In this document: positions 1 to 11,118 of the stretch, in pieces
Numbering within the stretch: position 1 is the first letter of the stretch
How the letters are laid out: each line of letters starts with the position of its first letter
Assembly (NCBI GenBank): GCA_963764155.1
Contig: CAVXRI010000002.1
Location: forward strand, 322,351-386,350
Direction: 5' to 3'
Source: an uncultured Alphaproteobacteria bacterium
Lineage (GTDB): Bacteria; Pseudomonadota; Alphaproteobacteria; Rhizobiales; Xanthobacteraceae
Length of the DNA: 64,000 nt
Notes under the pieces: generated by a model
Told to the model about the DNA's origin: nothing
Databases searched by the model: none
What the model saw: the letters and a program-made list of their open reading frames with translations, nothing else
Program-made: the position numbers and the translations under genes

Positions 1-2758
1 ATCGGAATCGGTTTCCGCGCCTTCCGCCACCACTTCCATGCCGAGGTCGTGCGCGAGCGCGATGATCGACTTCAGGATCACCGGGCGCGTCCCTCGGCTC
101 GTGGTGCGCACAAACGATTGGTCGATCTTGATGGTGTCGAACGGGAAGCGCTGCAGATAGGCCAGCGACGAATGACCGGTGCCGAAATCGTCCAGCGAAA
201 GGCCGGTGCCGAGCTCGCGAATGCGGGTTAGCATTTGCGCGGCGTGTTCCGGGTTTTCCATCACCAGCGATTCCGTCAATTCGAGCTTGAGCGTCCCGCG
301 CGCCACCGATGAGCGCGACAGAACGGTGCGGACATCGTGAATGAGATCGTGTCGCAGCAATTGCCGCGAGGAGACGTTGACGCTGGCGAAGATCGGTTGG
401 CGCGAACGCATCGCCCGTTGCCAGATGCTGAGCTGTCTCGCGGTCTGGTCCAGCACGAACATGCCGAGATCGATGATCAATCCGGTCTCTTCGGCGATGG
501 TGATGAATTCCGAGGGCGACATCCGCCCGAGCTTCGGGTGATCCCAGCGCGCCAACGCCTCGAAGCCGGCGACCGAGCGATCCTCCAGCCGCACGATCGG
601 CTGGTAAAGAATTGTGATTTCCTGCCGCTCGATGGCCCGCCGCAATTCGGATTCAAGTGTCAAGCGGTCGGTCTTGCGCGCCCGCATTGCCGGCTTGTAA
701 ACGTCGATGCGATCGCCGCCGATCCGCTTGGAATGATACATCGCCAACTCGGCGTCTTTGATAATCTCGTCGGTCAGCTGGGTCTGAGGATCGGGGATGG
801 CGAGTCCGATCGACGCGGTAAGGAAGATTTCACGTTCGTTGAATGCAATGGGCGCGCGGATGGTCTTGCGGATCGTTTCGGCGAAAGCCGTGATGCGCGT
901 AGAGTCCTGTTCAGACATCAGGATGAAGTCCGAACTGATCGCCGGCGAGCCGCGCCAGCGTGTCCTGCGGTTTGAGGACGCGGGTAAGGCGTCGCGCCAA
1001 CGTCAGCAGGATGGAATCGCCGACCGAGATTCCAACGAAGTCGTTGACCTGCTTGAAGCGGTCGAGGTCGATCACCATCACCGTCGGCCGCAAGTTCGGC
1101 ATGGTCTTCGAGAAATTCGCGACCGCTCCGAGACGATCCATGAACAATCGGCGGTTCGGCAGGCCCGTGAGATTGTCGTGCACGGAATCGTGCAGCATGC
1201 GCTCTTCGGCGTTCTTGATCTCGGTTACGTCGGTGAGCGTGCCGACCACGCGCGAGACTTCACCGTCGGAGCCAACCACCGGCCGGGCCTTGAGTGCGAA
1301 CCACATGAAATGGCCGTCGGGCGTGCGCAGCCGGAAATCCTGCACCAGACGGCCGCGGCGCTGGTCGAGCACGCTGTCGAGCGCCGCACGAAAACGGTCC
1401 TGATCAAGCGGATGCAGCACTTCCAGCCATCTCGCGGCGGGCCCTTCCAGCGTGCCGCGCTTCAGGCCCAACAGGCTTTCCGTCTCGGGGCTGGTGAAGA
1501 CTTTGTCGGCGGAAACATCCCAGTCCCAGATCAGATCGCCGGAGCCCGTCAGCGCCAGCGCACGCCGCTCGACATCAGACACGATGCCGGTGGTCGCGCC
1601 GCCTCCGGCAAAGGCGTGCTGCATGACCGTGAAGCCGATCAGCATCACGATCAGCACGAGACCGCCAAGCAACGCCGGGCCGACGATGTCATTGGTGACG
1701 CTGCCCGCAACCGTCATGCCGGCCGCAATCACCCAGACCACCAGCAGGAACCAGGTCGGGATCAGAAGCACCGCGCGGTCGAAGCCGTGGGTCGAGAGAT
1801 AGACGATCAGCGCAAATCCGGCGAACGCGATCAACAGAAGCGATATCCGGGCAATGCCGGAAGCGACCGGAGGATCGAACAGCGCGAGCGCCACGAGCGA
1901 GCCCAGAAAAGCCAGCCAGCCAATCGTGATGTGCGAATAACGCACGTGCCAGCGGCTGAGATTGAGGTAGGCGAACAGAAACACCAACAGCGTCGCGGCC
2001 AGCACGGCTTCGCCCGCCGCGCGCCAGACCCGCTCGGCATTGTTCGACATGTCGAGCACTTTGCCCCAGAAGCCGAAATCGACCCCGATGTAAACCAGCA
2101 CCGCCCATGCGAGCGCCGCCGCCGCCGGGAACATGATGCTTCCCTTGACCACGAACAGGATGGTCAGAACCAGCGCGAGCAGGCCGGAAATGCCGATCAC
2201 GATGCCTTGGTACAGCGTGAAGGAATTGACCTTGTCCTTGTAGGCGTCCGGTTCCCACAGATAGAGCTGCGGCAGATTGTCGGTGCGCAATTCCGCGACA
2301 AAGGTGATCACCGAGCCGGGGTCGAGCGTGATGCGGAAAATGTCGGCGGTCGGACTTTCCTGTCGCTCCGGACGGTCGCCGGTCGAGGGGGTGATGGTCG
2401 CGATGCGCGACAGTCCAAGATCGGGCCACAACAGGCCGGAGGAAACGATGCGGTAATGAGGCGCGACGATCAGGCGGTCGAGTTGGTCGTCGGTGTTGTT
2501 GGCGAGCGCGAATACCACCCAGTTCTGCCCGCCCTCGCGGGCGCGAACCTCAATGCGGCGAACGATGCCGTCGGTGCCCGGCGCGGTGGAGACCTGGATG
2601 CGATCGGAGTCGCTACGCTGATGATCGAGTACCGCAGTAAGATCAATTGCGGGTGCATCGCCGCGCACGCTGACCGCGTCCAAGGCACGCGCCGGCGAAC
2701 CGGCGACGAGAATCATGAGGCCCAGCGCGAAGAGCGCGAGGCACCTGATCGGGCGCAA
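1..2758 (-). CDS. RgsP-like membrane sensor: periplasmic domain, 7TM, PAS, degenerate GGDEF, EAL phosphodiesterase. Runs off the window start; apparent +1 frameshift at ~926
   Basis: ORF 911..2800 has a signal peptide, ~7 hydrophobic helices, a PAS (WDWDV...LHPLD...FRLR) and a GGDEF with AGDQF. Reading on in the shifted frame gives an EAL domain (GFEALARW, DDFGTGHSSL, VVAEGAE). TTG start at 2758 follows a GGAGA RBS. The architecture resembles Sinorhizobium RgsP (from recall, not searched). Confidence 0.85.
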
Positions 2759-2885
2759 TGTCCGTTCTCCGCGTTCGACGCCTGGTGAAACTCGACGCAC
2801 TCCGGATCAGGCAATGCGTGCGCCGATGAATGCCACGAAAGCGAAATAACTCAAAGGGTTTCCAGCGGGCCAATAGATGCCAGGA

Positions 2886-3884
2886 TCAAACCGCCAACAC
2901 AATTTTGCCAACATGTTCGCTGGTCTCCATCCGCCGATGCGCGTCGGCGGCCTTTTCGAGCGGGAACGTGCTGTCAATCAGGGGCTTGACCCGCCCATCG
3001 CGCACCAGCGGCATCACCTTGGCTTCAATGGCGGCGACCATTGCCGCTTTGTCCGCGTTACTACGGGGCCGCAGCGTCGAGCCGGTGTGATGCAGCCGCT
3101 TCACCATCAAACGCGCGAAATTGACGTTGGCCTTGGGTCCGCCGAGGAACGCGATCTGGACTACGCGGCCGTCCATCGCGGCGGCCTCATAGTTCCGCTC
3201 GATGTAATCGCCGCCGACCATATCCAGAATGACGTCGGCACCGTTGCCGTCGGTGGCGGTCTTCACTTCCGCGACGAAATCTTCGGTCTTGTAGTTAATC
3301 GCGCGATCGGCGCCGAGCTTGAGGCATGCGTCGGCCTTATCCTTGGAGCCGACGGTCACGATCACCTTCGAGCCGAACGCTTTCGCGAGCTGGATCGCCA
3401 TGGTGCCGATCCCGGACGAGCCGCCATGGATCAGCAGCGTCTCGCCCGGCTTCAGCGCGCCGCGCTCGAACACGTTGTGCCACACCGTCATCAGCGTTTC
3501 CGGGGTCGCGCCGGCCTCCAGCATGGACAGCGCGGCCGGGATAGCCATCGCCTGGTCGTCCTGCGCGATGCAATATTGCGCGTAGCCGCCGCCGGCCACG
3601 AGCGACATCACCCTGTCGCCGAGCCTGTGCTTTCTTGCCTCGGTTCCGACCGCAACGACTTCGCCGGCAACTTCAAGGCCGGGCAGATCGCTGGCGCCGG
3701 GCGGTGGCGGATAGGCTCCGGAGCGCTGCGCCACGTCGGGCCGGTTCACGCCGGCGGCTGCGACCTTGATCAGGATTTCGTTCGGCCCGGGCTGGGGCAC
3801 GGGGCGCTGTTCAGGCAAAAGCACTTCCGGACCGCCGGGTTTGCTGATCCCGATAACGGTCATTTGCGAGGGCAGCTTTTCCAT
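2886..3884 (-). CDS. qor: NAD(P)H-quinone oxidoreductase (zeta-crystallin/PIG3 family)
   Basis: AAGVNRPD, PGLEVAG and LIHGGSSGIG motifs; 332 aa. Confidence 0.9.
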   Translation of the reverse strand: MEKLPSQMTVIGISKPGGPEVLLPEQRPVPQPGPNEILIKVAAAGVNRPDVAQRSGAYPPPPGASDLPGLEVAGEVVAVGTEARKHRLGDRVMSLVAGGGYAQYCIAQDDQAMAIPAALSMLEAGATPETLMTVWHNVFERGALKPGETLLIHGGSSGIGTMAIQLAKAFGSKVIVTVGSKDKADACLKLGADRAINYKTEDFVAEVKTATDGNGADVILDMVGGDYIERNYEAAAMDGRVVQIAFLGGPKANVNFARLMVKRLHHTGSTLRPRSNADKAAMVAAIEAKVMPLVRDGRVKPLIDSTFPLEKAADAHRRMETSEHVGKIVLAV

Positions 3885-3981
3885 GATTTGTCCTTGCGAA
3901 ATGCAGAAAATAGACGCGGCATCTGCTTAACCAGCCGCGAACAGGCTGGCAACCGCTTCCGAAATCGACAGGAGAGGACAT

Positions 3982-4173
3982 ATGGCGATCGAGGACGACG
4001 ACAAGCCACGGAAGAAAATCACCCACGAACTCGGGCAGGACCTGTCGCTGTTGTCGGTCGAGGAATTGACCGAACGCATCGCGCTCCTGAACTCGGAAAT
4101 CGAGCGGCTGCAACAGGCCGTGACCAAAAAGCGCGCGTCAAAGGACGCGGCCGACAGCTTCTTCAAGTCGTGA
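3982..4173 (+). CDS. DUF1192 family small coiled-coil protein
   Basis: GQDLSLLSVEELTERIALL...KRASKDAADSFFK; AGGAGAGG RBS. Confidence 0.85.
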   Translation: MAIEDDDKPRKKITHELGQDLSLLSVEELTERIALLNSEIERLQQAVTKKRASKDAADSFFKS

Positions 4174-4261
4174 GATCGCACCATGTCAGAAATTCGCGTG
4201 CTGCACTGCCTGAGGCGGCGATGGCAAACGAAGCCTCAACAAAATCGTTCGTTTACGATCG

Positions 4262-4383
4262 ATTAAGCTTTCGGCTTTATGTCTGGTCCGTCCTCGTTTG
4301 GACACCGAGTGGCTCCTGTCCACTCTGTTTGACGCCTCCCTTGTTATTGACTTCACAGCCGCCGGAAACGGCGGCTTTTTTTT
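4262..4383 (+). ncRNA. Small RNA, probably the alphaproteobacterial BjrC1505 family
   Basis: Hairpin GAGTGG-CTCCTGT-CCACTC, a second C-rich motif GCCTCCCTTGTT, and terminator AGCCGCCG-GAAA-CGGCGGCT-T7, lying between DUF1192 and rcdA. Family name is from recalled sequence and synteny; 5' end is approximate. Confidence 0.65.
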
Positions 4384-4550
4384 GGGAGTGTCGCGAAACG
4401 CAGCCGGCGGGGCTCGCGCCGCACCTCTGGAAACCATAATAACCCTTGCGGCTGGACTCTTGCGAGCGCGCGCGCAATGATTTGTTCATCATAAGCCCTG
4501 CGCGGCCGAGCCGGCGGGGCAAGTAAAACAATAGCGTGAGGGCGTTAACC

Positions 4551-5063
4551 ATGGCGGTCCATTCGCAAAGCGAATCCGCGCTCGTGCAATTCAGCGAGCG
4601 GCTCACCGGTTCCGCGGCGTTCAACACCTTGTTCCGAGAAGGAATGGACCTGGTCGAGGAAACCGCGGCCTATCTCGACGGTGCGGGCCGCGTCGAAGCC
4701 AAGGCGCTCGACCGCACCGTGAGCCTGACTTACGCGACCGAAAGCATGCGGCTGACCACCCGCCTGATGCAGTTGGCTTCTTGGCTGTTGCTGCATCGCG
4801 CGGTAAAGGAAGGCGAGATGACGCTGACCCAGGCCAATCGCGAGAAGACCAAGGTCAAACTGAGCGCCGCCGATCCTGCTGCCGAAGACGTCATTGCAAG
4901 GCTGCCGCAGCAACTGCAGGACCTGATCGCGCGTTCGATGAACCTACAATCGAGGGTTCGCAGGCTCGACAGCACGATTCACTCCCCCGCCACCGAGCGC
5001 CCCTCCATCGGCAATCCGCTGGTGCCGCAGCTCAACCGCCTGAAGGCCGCGTTCGAGCATTAA
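4551..5063 (+). CDS. rcdA: Regulator of CtrA degradation RcdA (DUF1465)
   Basis: LFREGMDLVEETAAYLDGAGR...YATESMRLTTRLMQLASWLL. Confidence 0.85.
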   Translation: MAVHSQSESALVQFSERLTGSAAFNTLFREGMDLVEETAAYLDGAGRVEAKALDRTVSLTYATESMRLTTRLMQLASWLLLHRAVKEGEMTLTQANREKTKVKLSAADPAAEDVIARLPQQLQDLIARSMNLQSRVRRLDSTIHSPATERPSIGNPLVPQLNRLKAAFEH

Positions 5064-5095
5064 GCGGCCGGAGTTCCTGTTCTAAGCCGCACAAG

Positions 5096-5126
5096 CAAAA
5101 CGCCCCGGCGTCAGCAGGGGCGTTGT
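5096..5126. terminator. Hairpin between convergent rcdA and rpmE
   Basis: AAAACGCCCC...GGGGCGTTG inverted repeat. Confidence 0.6.
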
Positions 5127-5153
5127 GGCGATTGGGTCTCCCCTGAGGGAGGA

Positions 5154-5381
5154 TCAGTCCTTTTTCAGGAAGCCCGAGAATTTCTTCTGGAATCGAGACA
5201 CGCGGCCGCCGCGATCGAGCATCTGCTGAGAGCCGCCGGTCCAGGCCGGGTGGGACTTCGAGTCGATGTCGAGGTTCAGCTTGTCGCCTTCCTTGCCCCA
5301 GGTGGAACGTGTCTGGTACTCGGTGCCGTCGGTCATGACGACCGTAATGGTATGATAATTCGGATGAATTTCGGGCTTCAT
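5154..5381 (-). CDS. rpmE: 50S ribosomal protein L31 (no CxxC zinc motifs)
   Basis: [10 protein letters not shown]...[14 protein letters not shown]...[11 protein letters not shown]; 75 aa at the end of ORF 5154..6839. Confidence 0.95.
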   Translation of the reverse strand: MKPEIHPNYHTITVVMTDGTEYQTRSTWGKEGDKLNLDIDSKSHPAWTGGSQQMLDRGGRVSRFQKKFSGFLKKD

Positions 5382-5567
5382 GGCATATCCTTGGGCGCCG
5401 GCGCCTGTCACTAACATGCTAACGGGGGTGGATTTGGGCCGCTCTATAACGCAGTAAGCCCGCCAAAACAAGCCAGCCCCTTTGCCCCGGCCTTTCCTAT
5501 TTTGCCGTAATTGCCAGCACCCCCCGCCGGGCCTATTTGGGGGTGGGCGCGAGCGATGGAAGATCTC

Positions 5568-7424
5568 ATGAGTGCGGTGGAACGGCTGGAGAACGGGCGT
5601 GACGAGGCCACGTCGGGGCCCGATGCGGCGCTCGCAGGGGTGCCCGGCATCGAGGCAGCTGTCAGCGAACTGCCGGCCAAGAGCAAAGCGCGGCTGCGTC
5701 CGCTGCTGGCATTGGCGCCTTATATCGCGCGCTATCGCGGGCGCGCCTTTCTCGCATTGATCGCGCTGACCGTCGCGGCGCTGACTACGTTGCTGGTGCC
5801 CCTCGCGGTGCGGCGGATGATCGATTTCGGGTTCACGCCCCGCGGCATCGCGATGATCAACAGCTATTTCAGCGTGATGATTGCCGTCGTCGCGGTGCTC
5901 GCGTTCGCCAGCGCGGCGCGTTTTTATCTGGTCATGACCATCGGCGAGCGCATCGTTGCCGACCTCAGGCGCGATGTATTCGCGCACCTGATATCGTTGT
6001 CGCCGGCCTTCTTCGATTCCGCGCGAAGCGGTGAACTGATCTCCCGACTGACCGCCGATACAACCCAGATCAAATCCGCGGTCGGCGCTTCGGTGTCGAT
6101 CGCGTTGCGCAATCTGATGTTGTTCATCGGCGCTACCGCGATGATGGTGATTACCAGTCCGAGGCTTTCCGGCCTGGTTCTTTTGGCGATTCCGTTGATC
6201 GTGCTGCCGCTGGTCGCGTTCGGCCGTTGGGTGCGGCGATTGTCGCGCAACGCTCAGGACACGCTGGCGGACGCCTCCGCCTATGCATCCGAATTGGTCG
6301 GCGCCATCAGGACCGTGCAGGCCTATACCGGCGAGAACATCGCCAACATCCGCTTCGGGAAAGCGGTGGAGCAGGCCTATGAAGCGGCGCGCACCTCGAC
6401 CCGGGCGCGCGCGGTTCTCACTGCAATCATCATTTTCATTGTGTTCACCAGCGTGGTTGCGATCCTCTGGATCGGATCGCACGACGTGCTGACGGGCTCG
6501 ATCAGCGCCGGCCGCCTCGGGCAATTTGTGCTTTATGCCGCATTCGCCGCGGCGGGACTCGGCCAGCTCAGCGAGGTCTGGGGCGAAGTCTCTGCGGCCT
6601 CGGGCGCTTCGGAGCGACTGTTCGAGATACTTCGGGTCAAGCCGCAGATCACGGTGCCCGCGTCGCCGCGGAGCCTGCCTGCGCCGCCGCGCGGCGACGT
6701 CAATTTCGACAATATCGTTTTCGCCTATCCGGCTCGGCCCGATATCCGCGCCGTGGATGGCGTATCGCTGTCGGTGCGCGCGGGCGAAAAAGTGGCGATC
6801 GTCGGTCCATCGGGCGCGGGCAAGAGCACACTTTTTCATCTGTTGTTACGGTTCTACGATCCGGCTTCCGGCGCGATCTCCTTTGACGGCGTACCGATCA
6901 AATCCGTCGATCCGCGAGAGCTTCGGGCCCGCATCGCACTGGTGCCGCAGGAGCCCGCGGTATTTGCGGCCAGCGCGCGCGACAACATCCGCTTCGGTCG
7001 GCCCGATGCCAGCGACGCGGAGGTCGAGCATGCTGCGGGCCTTGCGCACGCCACCGAGTTCATCCGTCAGTTGCCAGGCGGATTTGAAACGCCGCTCGGT
7101 GAACGCGGCGTGATGCTGTCCGGCGGTCAGCGGCAGCGGATCGCGATTGCCCGCGCCATCCTGCGCGACGCGCCTTTACTGCTGCTGGACGAGGCGACCT
7201 CGTCGCTGGATGCGGAATCCGAAACGCTGGTTCAGACCGCGCTGGAGGAATTGATGCGTCACCGCACCACGCTCGTGATCGCGCACCGCCTGGCTACCGT
7301 ATTGTCCTGCGATCGCATTATGGTGCTGGATCAGGGGCGCATTGTCGAGCAGGGCAGGCACGCTTCTCTGGTTGCTGCCAACGGGCTTTATGCGCGGCTG
7401 GCGCGGCTTCAGTTCCAATCCTAG
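5568..7424 (+). CDS. ABC exporter, fused permease/ATPase (MsbA-like)
   Basis: Six-TM domain, Walker [28 protein letters not shown]. Confidence 0.9.
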   Translation: MSAVERLENGRDEATSGPDAALAGVPGIEAAVSELPAKSKARLRPLLALAPYIARYRGRAFLALIALTVAALTTLLVPLAVRRMIDFGFTPRGIAMINSYFSVMIAVVAVLAFASAARFYLVMTIGERIVADLRRDVFAHLISLSPAFFDSARSGELISRLTADTTQIKSAVGASVSIALRNLMLFIGATAMMVITSPRLSGLVLLAIPLIVLPLVAFGRWVRRLSRNAQDTLADASAYASELVGAIRTVQAYTGENIANIRFGKAVEQAYEAARTSTRARAVLTAIIIFIVFTSVVAILWIGSHDVLTGSISAGRLGQFVLYAAFAAAGLGQLSEVWGEVSAASGASERLFEILRVKPQITVPASPRSLPAPPRGDVNFDNIVFAYPARPDIRAVDGVSLSVRAGEKVAIVGPSGAGKSTLFHLLLRFYDPASGAISFDGVPIKSVDPRELRARIALVPQEPAVFAASARDNIRFGRPDASDAEVEHAAGLAHATEFIRQLPGGFETPLGERGVMLSGGQRQRIAIARAILRDAPLLLLDEATSSLDAESETLVQTALEELMRHRTTLVIAHRLATVLSCDRIMVLDQGRIVEQGRHASLVAANGLYARLARLQFQS

Positions 7425-7470
7425 CTCTTGTCGCAGGTGACTGCTTTTCGAAAGATCGTGTTTCGTACAA

Positions 7471-7941
7471 TCAACATGATGCCCGCCACACCATGCGAAA
7501 CGTCGGGGCTCCCGAGCTCGGATTAGCGTCGTGACCGCCGATTGCAAATCCCTGGCGCTCATAGAACGCAACGGCGGGCGCATTGTCCTGATTGACGTGC
7601 AATTCCAGCACGGTTGGCGAGACGCCGCGAGCGGCCCCGATCAGTTGCGAAGCGACGCCCCGGCGCTGGGCCGCGATGGCGACGACGATCTGGTCGATAT
7701 AGCCCGTTGCAGGCTCCACGGCGACAAGGCCGACAAGTGCGCCGTTGGTCTCTGCGACAAGGATACGTGCGCCTTCGCGCTGCAGTTCTGCGAAACGCGC
7801 CTCTGCCCAGTGTCGTCTCGCGTAAAAGTTGATCGATGGATAGGCGGCCTGCCAGCTTTCGACCCAGACATCGAGCAATGCCGGCAGATCATCCGCGCGC
7901 ATGGCGCGCACCGCGCAGGCGGAGGTCGCTTCGAAGGCCAT
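7471..7941 (-). CDS. GNAT family N-acetyltransferase
   Basis: QRRGVA acetyl-CoA motif and VNQDNAPAVAFYERQGF. The start overlaps the upstream stop (TGATG). Confidence 0.8.
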   Translation of the reverse strand: MAFEATSACAVRAMRADDLPALLDVWVESWQAAYPSINFYARRHWAEARFAELQREGARILVAETNGALVGLVAVEPATGYIDQIVVAIAAQRRGVASQLIGAARGVSPTVLELHVNQDNAPAVAFYERQGFAIGGHDANPSSGAPTFRMVWRASC

Positions 7942-8968
7942 CAGCGTTCCGTCAGCTTCAGCTCGATCCGGCGGTTACGCTTGTAGGCTTCTTCGGTTTG
8001 CGCGGTGTCGAGCGGCTGAAATTCCGCAAACCCCGCCGCTACCAGGCGCTGCGCGGGCACGCCGAGCGACACGAGATATTGCACCACCGAAATCGCGCGT
8101 GCCGATGACAACTCCCAGTTCGACTTGAATATAGGGCTGCTGATCGCCCGCACGTCGGTGTGACCGTCGACGCGTAGCACCCATGGAATTTCGCTCGGGA
8201 TCTGCTTATCGAGGTCGATGAGTGCGGCCGCTACAGTGTCCAGCTCGGCGCGCCCTTCAGGCAACAGGGTTGCCTGTCCGGTCTCGAAAAACACTTCCGA
8301 CTGGAACACAAAGCGGTCGCCGACGACGCGGATGTCCGGACGGTTGCCGAGAATCGCGCGCAGCCGCCCGAAGAATTCCGAGCGGTAACGAGACAATTCC
8401 TGCACCCGCTGCGCCAGCGCCACATTCAGCCGTTGCCCCATATCGGCGATCCTGCCCTGAAACTCCTTATCGCGCTTCTCCGAAGCATCGAGCGCTTCCT
8501 CCAGTGCGGCCAGCTGCCGCCGCATCGCGCTGATCTGCTGCGTCAGAACTTCGATCTGCGCCAGCGCGCGGGTCGATGCCTGCTTCTTCGGATCCAGCGC
8601 CTTGTTGAGCTCGGTGGCTTTCCCGGCCGCGTCATTGCCGGCGCCCGCGAGACCCTCATAAAGGCTTTTGATCCGGTCGCGCTCGCCCTCGGCCGATGCC
8701 AATCCGGCGCGCAATTGCGATATCTGGTCGTCCAGATTGAGCTTGCCGAGTTTTTCCAGCGACAGCATGTCGTTCAACTGCGCGATCTTCGCGTTGAGTT
8801 GCTCCAGCGCCTTGTCTTTGCCGGTGACTTCCTGGACAGGAAAAACTGGACCACCAGAAAAACCGAGAGCAGGAACACAATCGACAGCACCAGCGTCGAG
8901 AGGGCATCGACGAAACCGGGCCAATAATTAAAACCGGTCTCGCTGCGGCGTGCACGGGCGAGGGCCAT
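7941..8968 (-). CDS. MotB/OmpA-family peptidoglycan-binding membrane protein with long coiled coil; apparent frameshift at ~8836
   Basis: N-terminal YWPGFVDALSTL TM helix (ORF 8774..8968) joins the coiled coil and OmpA domain VDGHTD/NWELSSARA/RNRRIE (ORF 7941..8924). Confidence 0.85.
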
Positions 8969-9053
8969 TCAGACGTTCCCGAGGTTGAGTTGACGCGTTT
9001 TCATTGCACGATTTCTGCCGTCCACTGTGACGTGATGCGGCTGAGTTTCTCCA

Positions 9054-10064
9054 TCAGCTTTTCTCAGGCTGACGGGCGAGCCGCTCCAGCAAACGCTTGA
9101 TCTCCCGGTTCTGCTCGCCCTGGCCATCGGCCCATTCACGGATCATCTGTTGTTCGGTTCGCATATGCGCAACCAGCCCTTGGATAGCCTCGGCGAGATT
9201 GGCCATCGCCGCCGTTGTGCTGCGGCTGCCGCCGCTTTCTTCAACCACCGCGCGCAACCGTTCAAATGCTGCGTTCATCTCGCTGCCGGCCGCGGGAGCG
9301 CCGTCACCTGAATATTCGCGCACGGTGGAGGCGAGCCAATCTTCCAGGTCGGTATAAAAGCGGTTTTGCGCCTGGCTCGATTGCAGGTCCAGGAAACCGA
9401 GGATCAGCGAACCGGCAAGCCCGAACAGCGAGGAGGAGAACGAAATGCCCATACCACCGAGTGGCGCGGCCAACCCCTCCTTGAGCGTATCGAACAAGGC
9501 GCCAGCGTCGCCGCCGACCTTCAGCCCTTCGATCACCTTGCCGACAGATCCAACTGTTTCGATCAGGCCCCAGAACGTGCCGAGCAATCCGAGGAACACC
9601 AGCAAGCCGGTCATGTATCGCGAGATGTCGCGCGCCTCGTCCAGACGGGTCGCGATCGAATCCAGGAGGTGCCGCATCGTTTGTTGCGAGATCGACATTC
9701 GTCCGGTGCGCTCACCGCCCAGGATGGCCGCCATCGGAGCTAGCAGCGTCGGGTGGCGATCAACTGCAAGTCCGGGGTCGGCGATGCGGAAATTGTTGAC
9801 CCATGCGACTTCCGGGTAGAGCCGGATCACCTGTCGGAACGACAAAATGGTGCCGACCAGGAGCACCACGCCGATCAGCGCGTTAAGGCCGGGGTTGGCG
9901 AAGAACGCCACGATGATCTGCTTGTAAAGCACCACCGTCACCAGCGCGCAGAGCACCAGAAACACCAGCATCCGCACCAGGAAGATCCTGGGCGTGGACA
10001 ATTTGCGCAGTTCGTCGTCCAGCGCGGAGCGGGAAGGGGGGGCTGCTGACATTGCCGAGGCCAT
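9054..10064 (-). CDS. MotA/TolQ/ExbB proton-channel family protein
   Basis: LGLLGTFWGL and GMGISFSSSLFGL channel helices; directly upstream of the MotB-like gene. Confidence 0.85.
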   Translation of the reverse strand: MASAMSAAPPSRSALDDELRKLSTPRIFLVRMLVFLVLCALVTVVLYKQIIVAFFANPGLNALIGVVLLVGTILSFRQVIRLYPEVAWVNNFRIADPGLAVDRHPTLLAPMAAILGGERTGRMSISQQTMRHLLDSIATRLDEARDISRYMTGLLVFLGLLGTFWGLIETVGSVGKVIEGLKVGGDAGALFDTLKEGLAAPLGGMGISFSSSLFGLAGSLILGFLDLQSSQAQNRFYTDLEDWLASTVREYSGDGAPAAGSEMNAAFERLRAVVEESGGSRSTTAAMANLAEAIQGLVAHMRTEQQMIREWADGQGEQNREIKRLLERLARQPEKS

Positions 10065-10236
10065 CCGTTGCGGGAACCGGTTTGGGACCTCAATATGGCA
10101 CAGCGGCGGCGGGAAGAAAGATCGGAAGCGCCACGAGGTCAGTCAGAACGGCGGAACCCACAAACGATGCCAGGCTCCGAGGCGAGTATTCCTCAAACAC
10201 TTTATTCTCTGCCCGATATGAGCCGCCGCGCTGTCT

Positions 10237-11031
10237 TCACCTACCCAGCGGCTTCAGGATCTTCAGAAGCTCGGCGTGCACGAATTCGTTGCCGCAGATA
10301 ACGCTGCCCGATTTCAGCGGATCATCCTTGTCGTCGATATCGCTGACGATTCCGCCGGCTTCGCGGACAATGATTGTGCCTGCCGCCATATCCCATGGCG
10401 AGAGATTGCGTTCCCAGTAGCCGTCGAGGCGGCCGGCGGCGACGAAAGCCATGTCGAGGCACGCCGCGCCAAACCGGCGCAATCCCGCGACGCGGTTCTG
10501 AATTTCGGTCATCTCCCGACGTGAGAGTTCGTGGTCGCCGCGCCCGATATGGGGTAGCCCGCAGCCGATCACGCACTCGTCGAGCTTGCGGCGGCCGGCG
10601 ACCCGCAGCCGCTGGTCATTGAGAAAAGCGCCCTTGCCGCGCTCGGCGGTGTAGAGCTCCTCGTTAGCGGGATTGTAGATCACGCCCGCAATGATGGTCC
10701 CCTCGCGCTGCAAGCCGATCGAGATCCCGAACTGCGGAATGCCGTGGAGGAAGTTGGTGGTCCCATCGAGCGGATCGACGATCCAGGTATGAGACTTGTC
10801 GGCACCCTCCCGGCTGCCGCCTTCTTCCCCGATAAAACCATAGCCGGGCCGTGCCTTGGCGAGGTCGCTATAAAGCATTTCCTCCGCTCGCTTGTCGGCG
10901 AGACTGACGAAGTTGGCCGGCCCCTTTAGCGAGACCTGGAGATGCTCGATCTCGCCGAGGTCGCGCTTGAGGCTGCGTCCGGCCCGGCGCGCGGCTTTAA
11001 CCATGACATTGATAAGGGCTGAATGCAGCAT
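10237..11031 (-). CDS. suhB: Inositol monophosphatase family protein SuhB
   Basis: GEE, WIVDPLDGTTNF and WDMAAG motifs. Confidence 0.92.
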   Translation of the reverse strand: MLHSALINVMVKAARRAGRSLKRDLGEIEHLQVSLKGPANFVSLADKRAEEMLYSDLAKARPGYGFIGEEGGSREGADKSHTWIVDPLDGTTNFLHGIPQFGISIGLQREGTIIAGVIYNPANEELYTAERGKGAFLNDQRLRVAGRRKLDECVIGCGLPHIGRGDHELSRREMTEIQNRVAGLRRFGAACLDMAFVAAGRLDGYWERNLSPWDMAAGTIIVREAGGIVSDIDDKDDPLKSGSVICGNEFVHAELLKILKPLGR

Positions 11032-11118
11032 GGACTTGGCTTTGAGGGGGAAAAACGGCCCGATGCCGTCACTGACGCCGGACTGGGTGCCCTGCGGCGG
11101 CGATGGCGTCAAGGCTGA

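Noticed and set aside
797-2788. Long antisense ORFs (797..2788, 2877..4439, the upstream part of 5154..6839, the upstream part of 37932..39308, 58038..59348)
   Set aside because: These are shadows of real genes in high-GC DNA and carry no family motifs. Only the rpmE and cupin tails of two of them are real.
4307-4330. Shared GAGTGG/TCCACTCT words between the sRNA and the RTX upstream region (39390-39423)
   Set aside because: The match is only ~8 nt and is expected by chance in 64 kb.
7941-10064. Zorya anti-phage system
   Set aside because: No ZorC/D/E genes, the A subunit lacks the very long tail, and the context is core housekeeping rather than a defence island.
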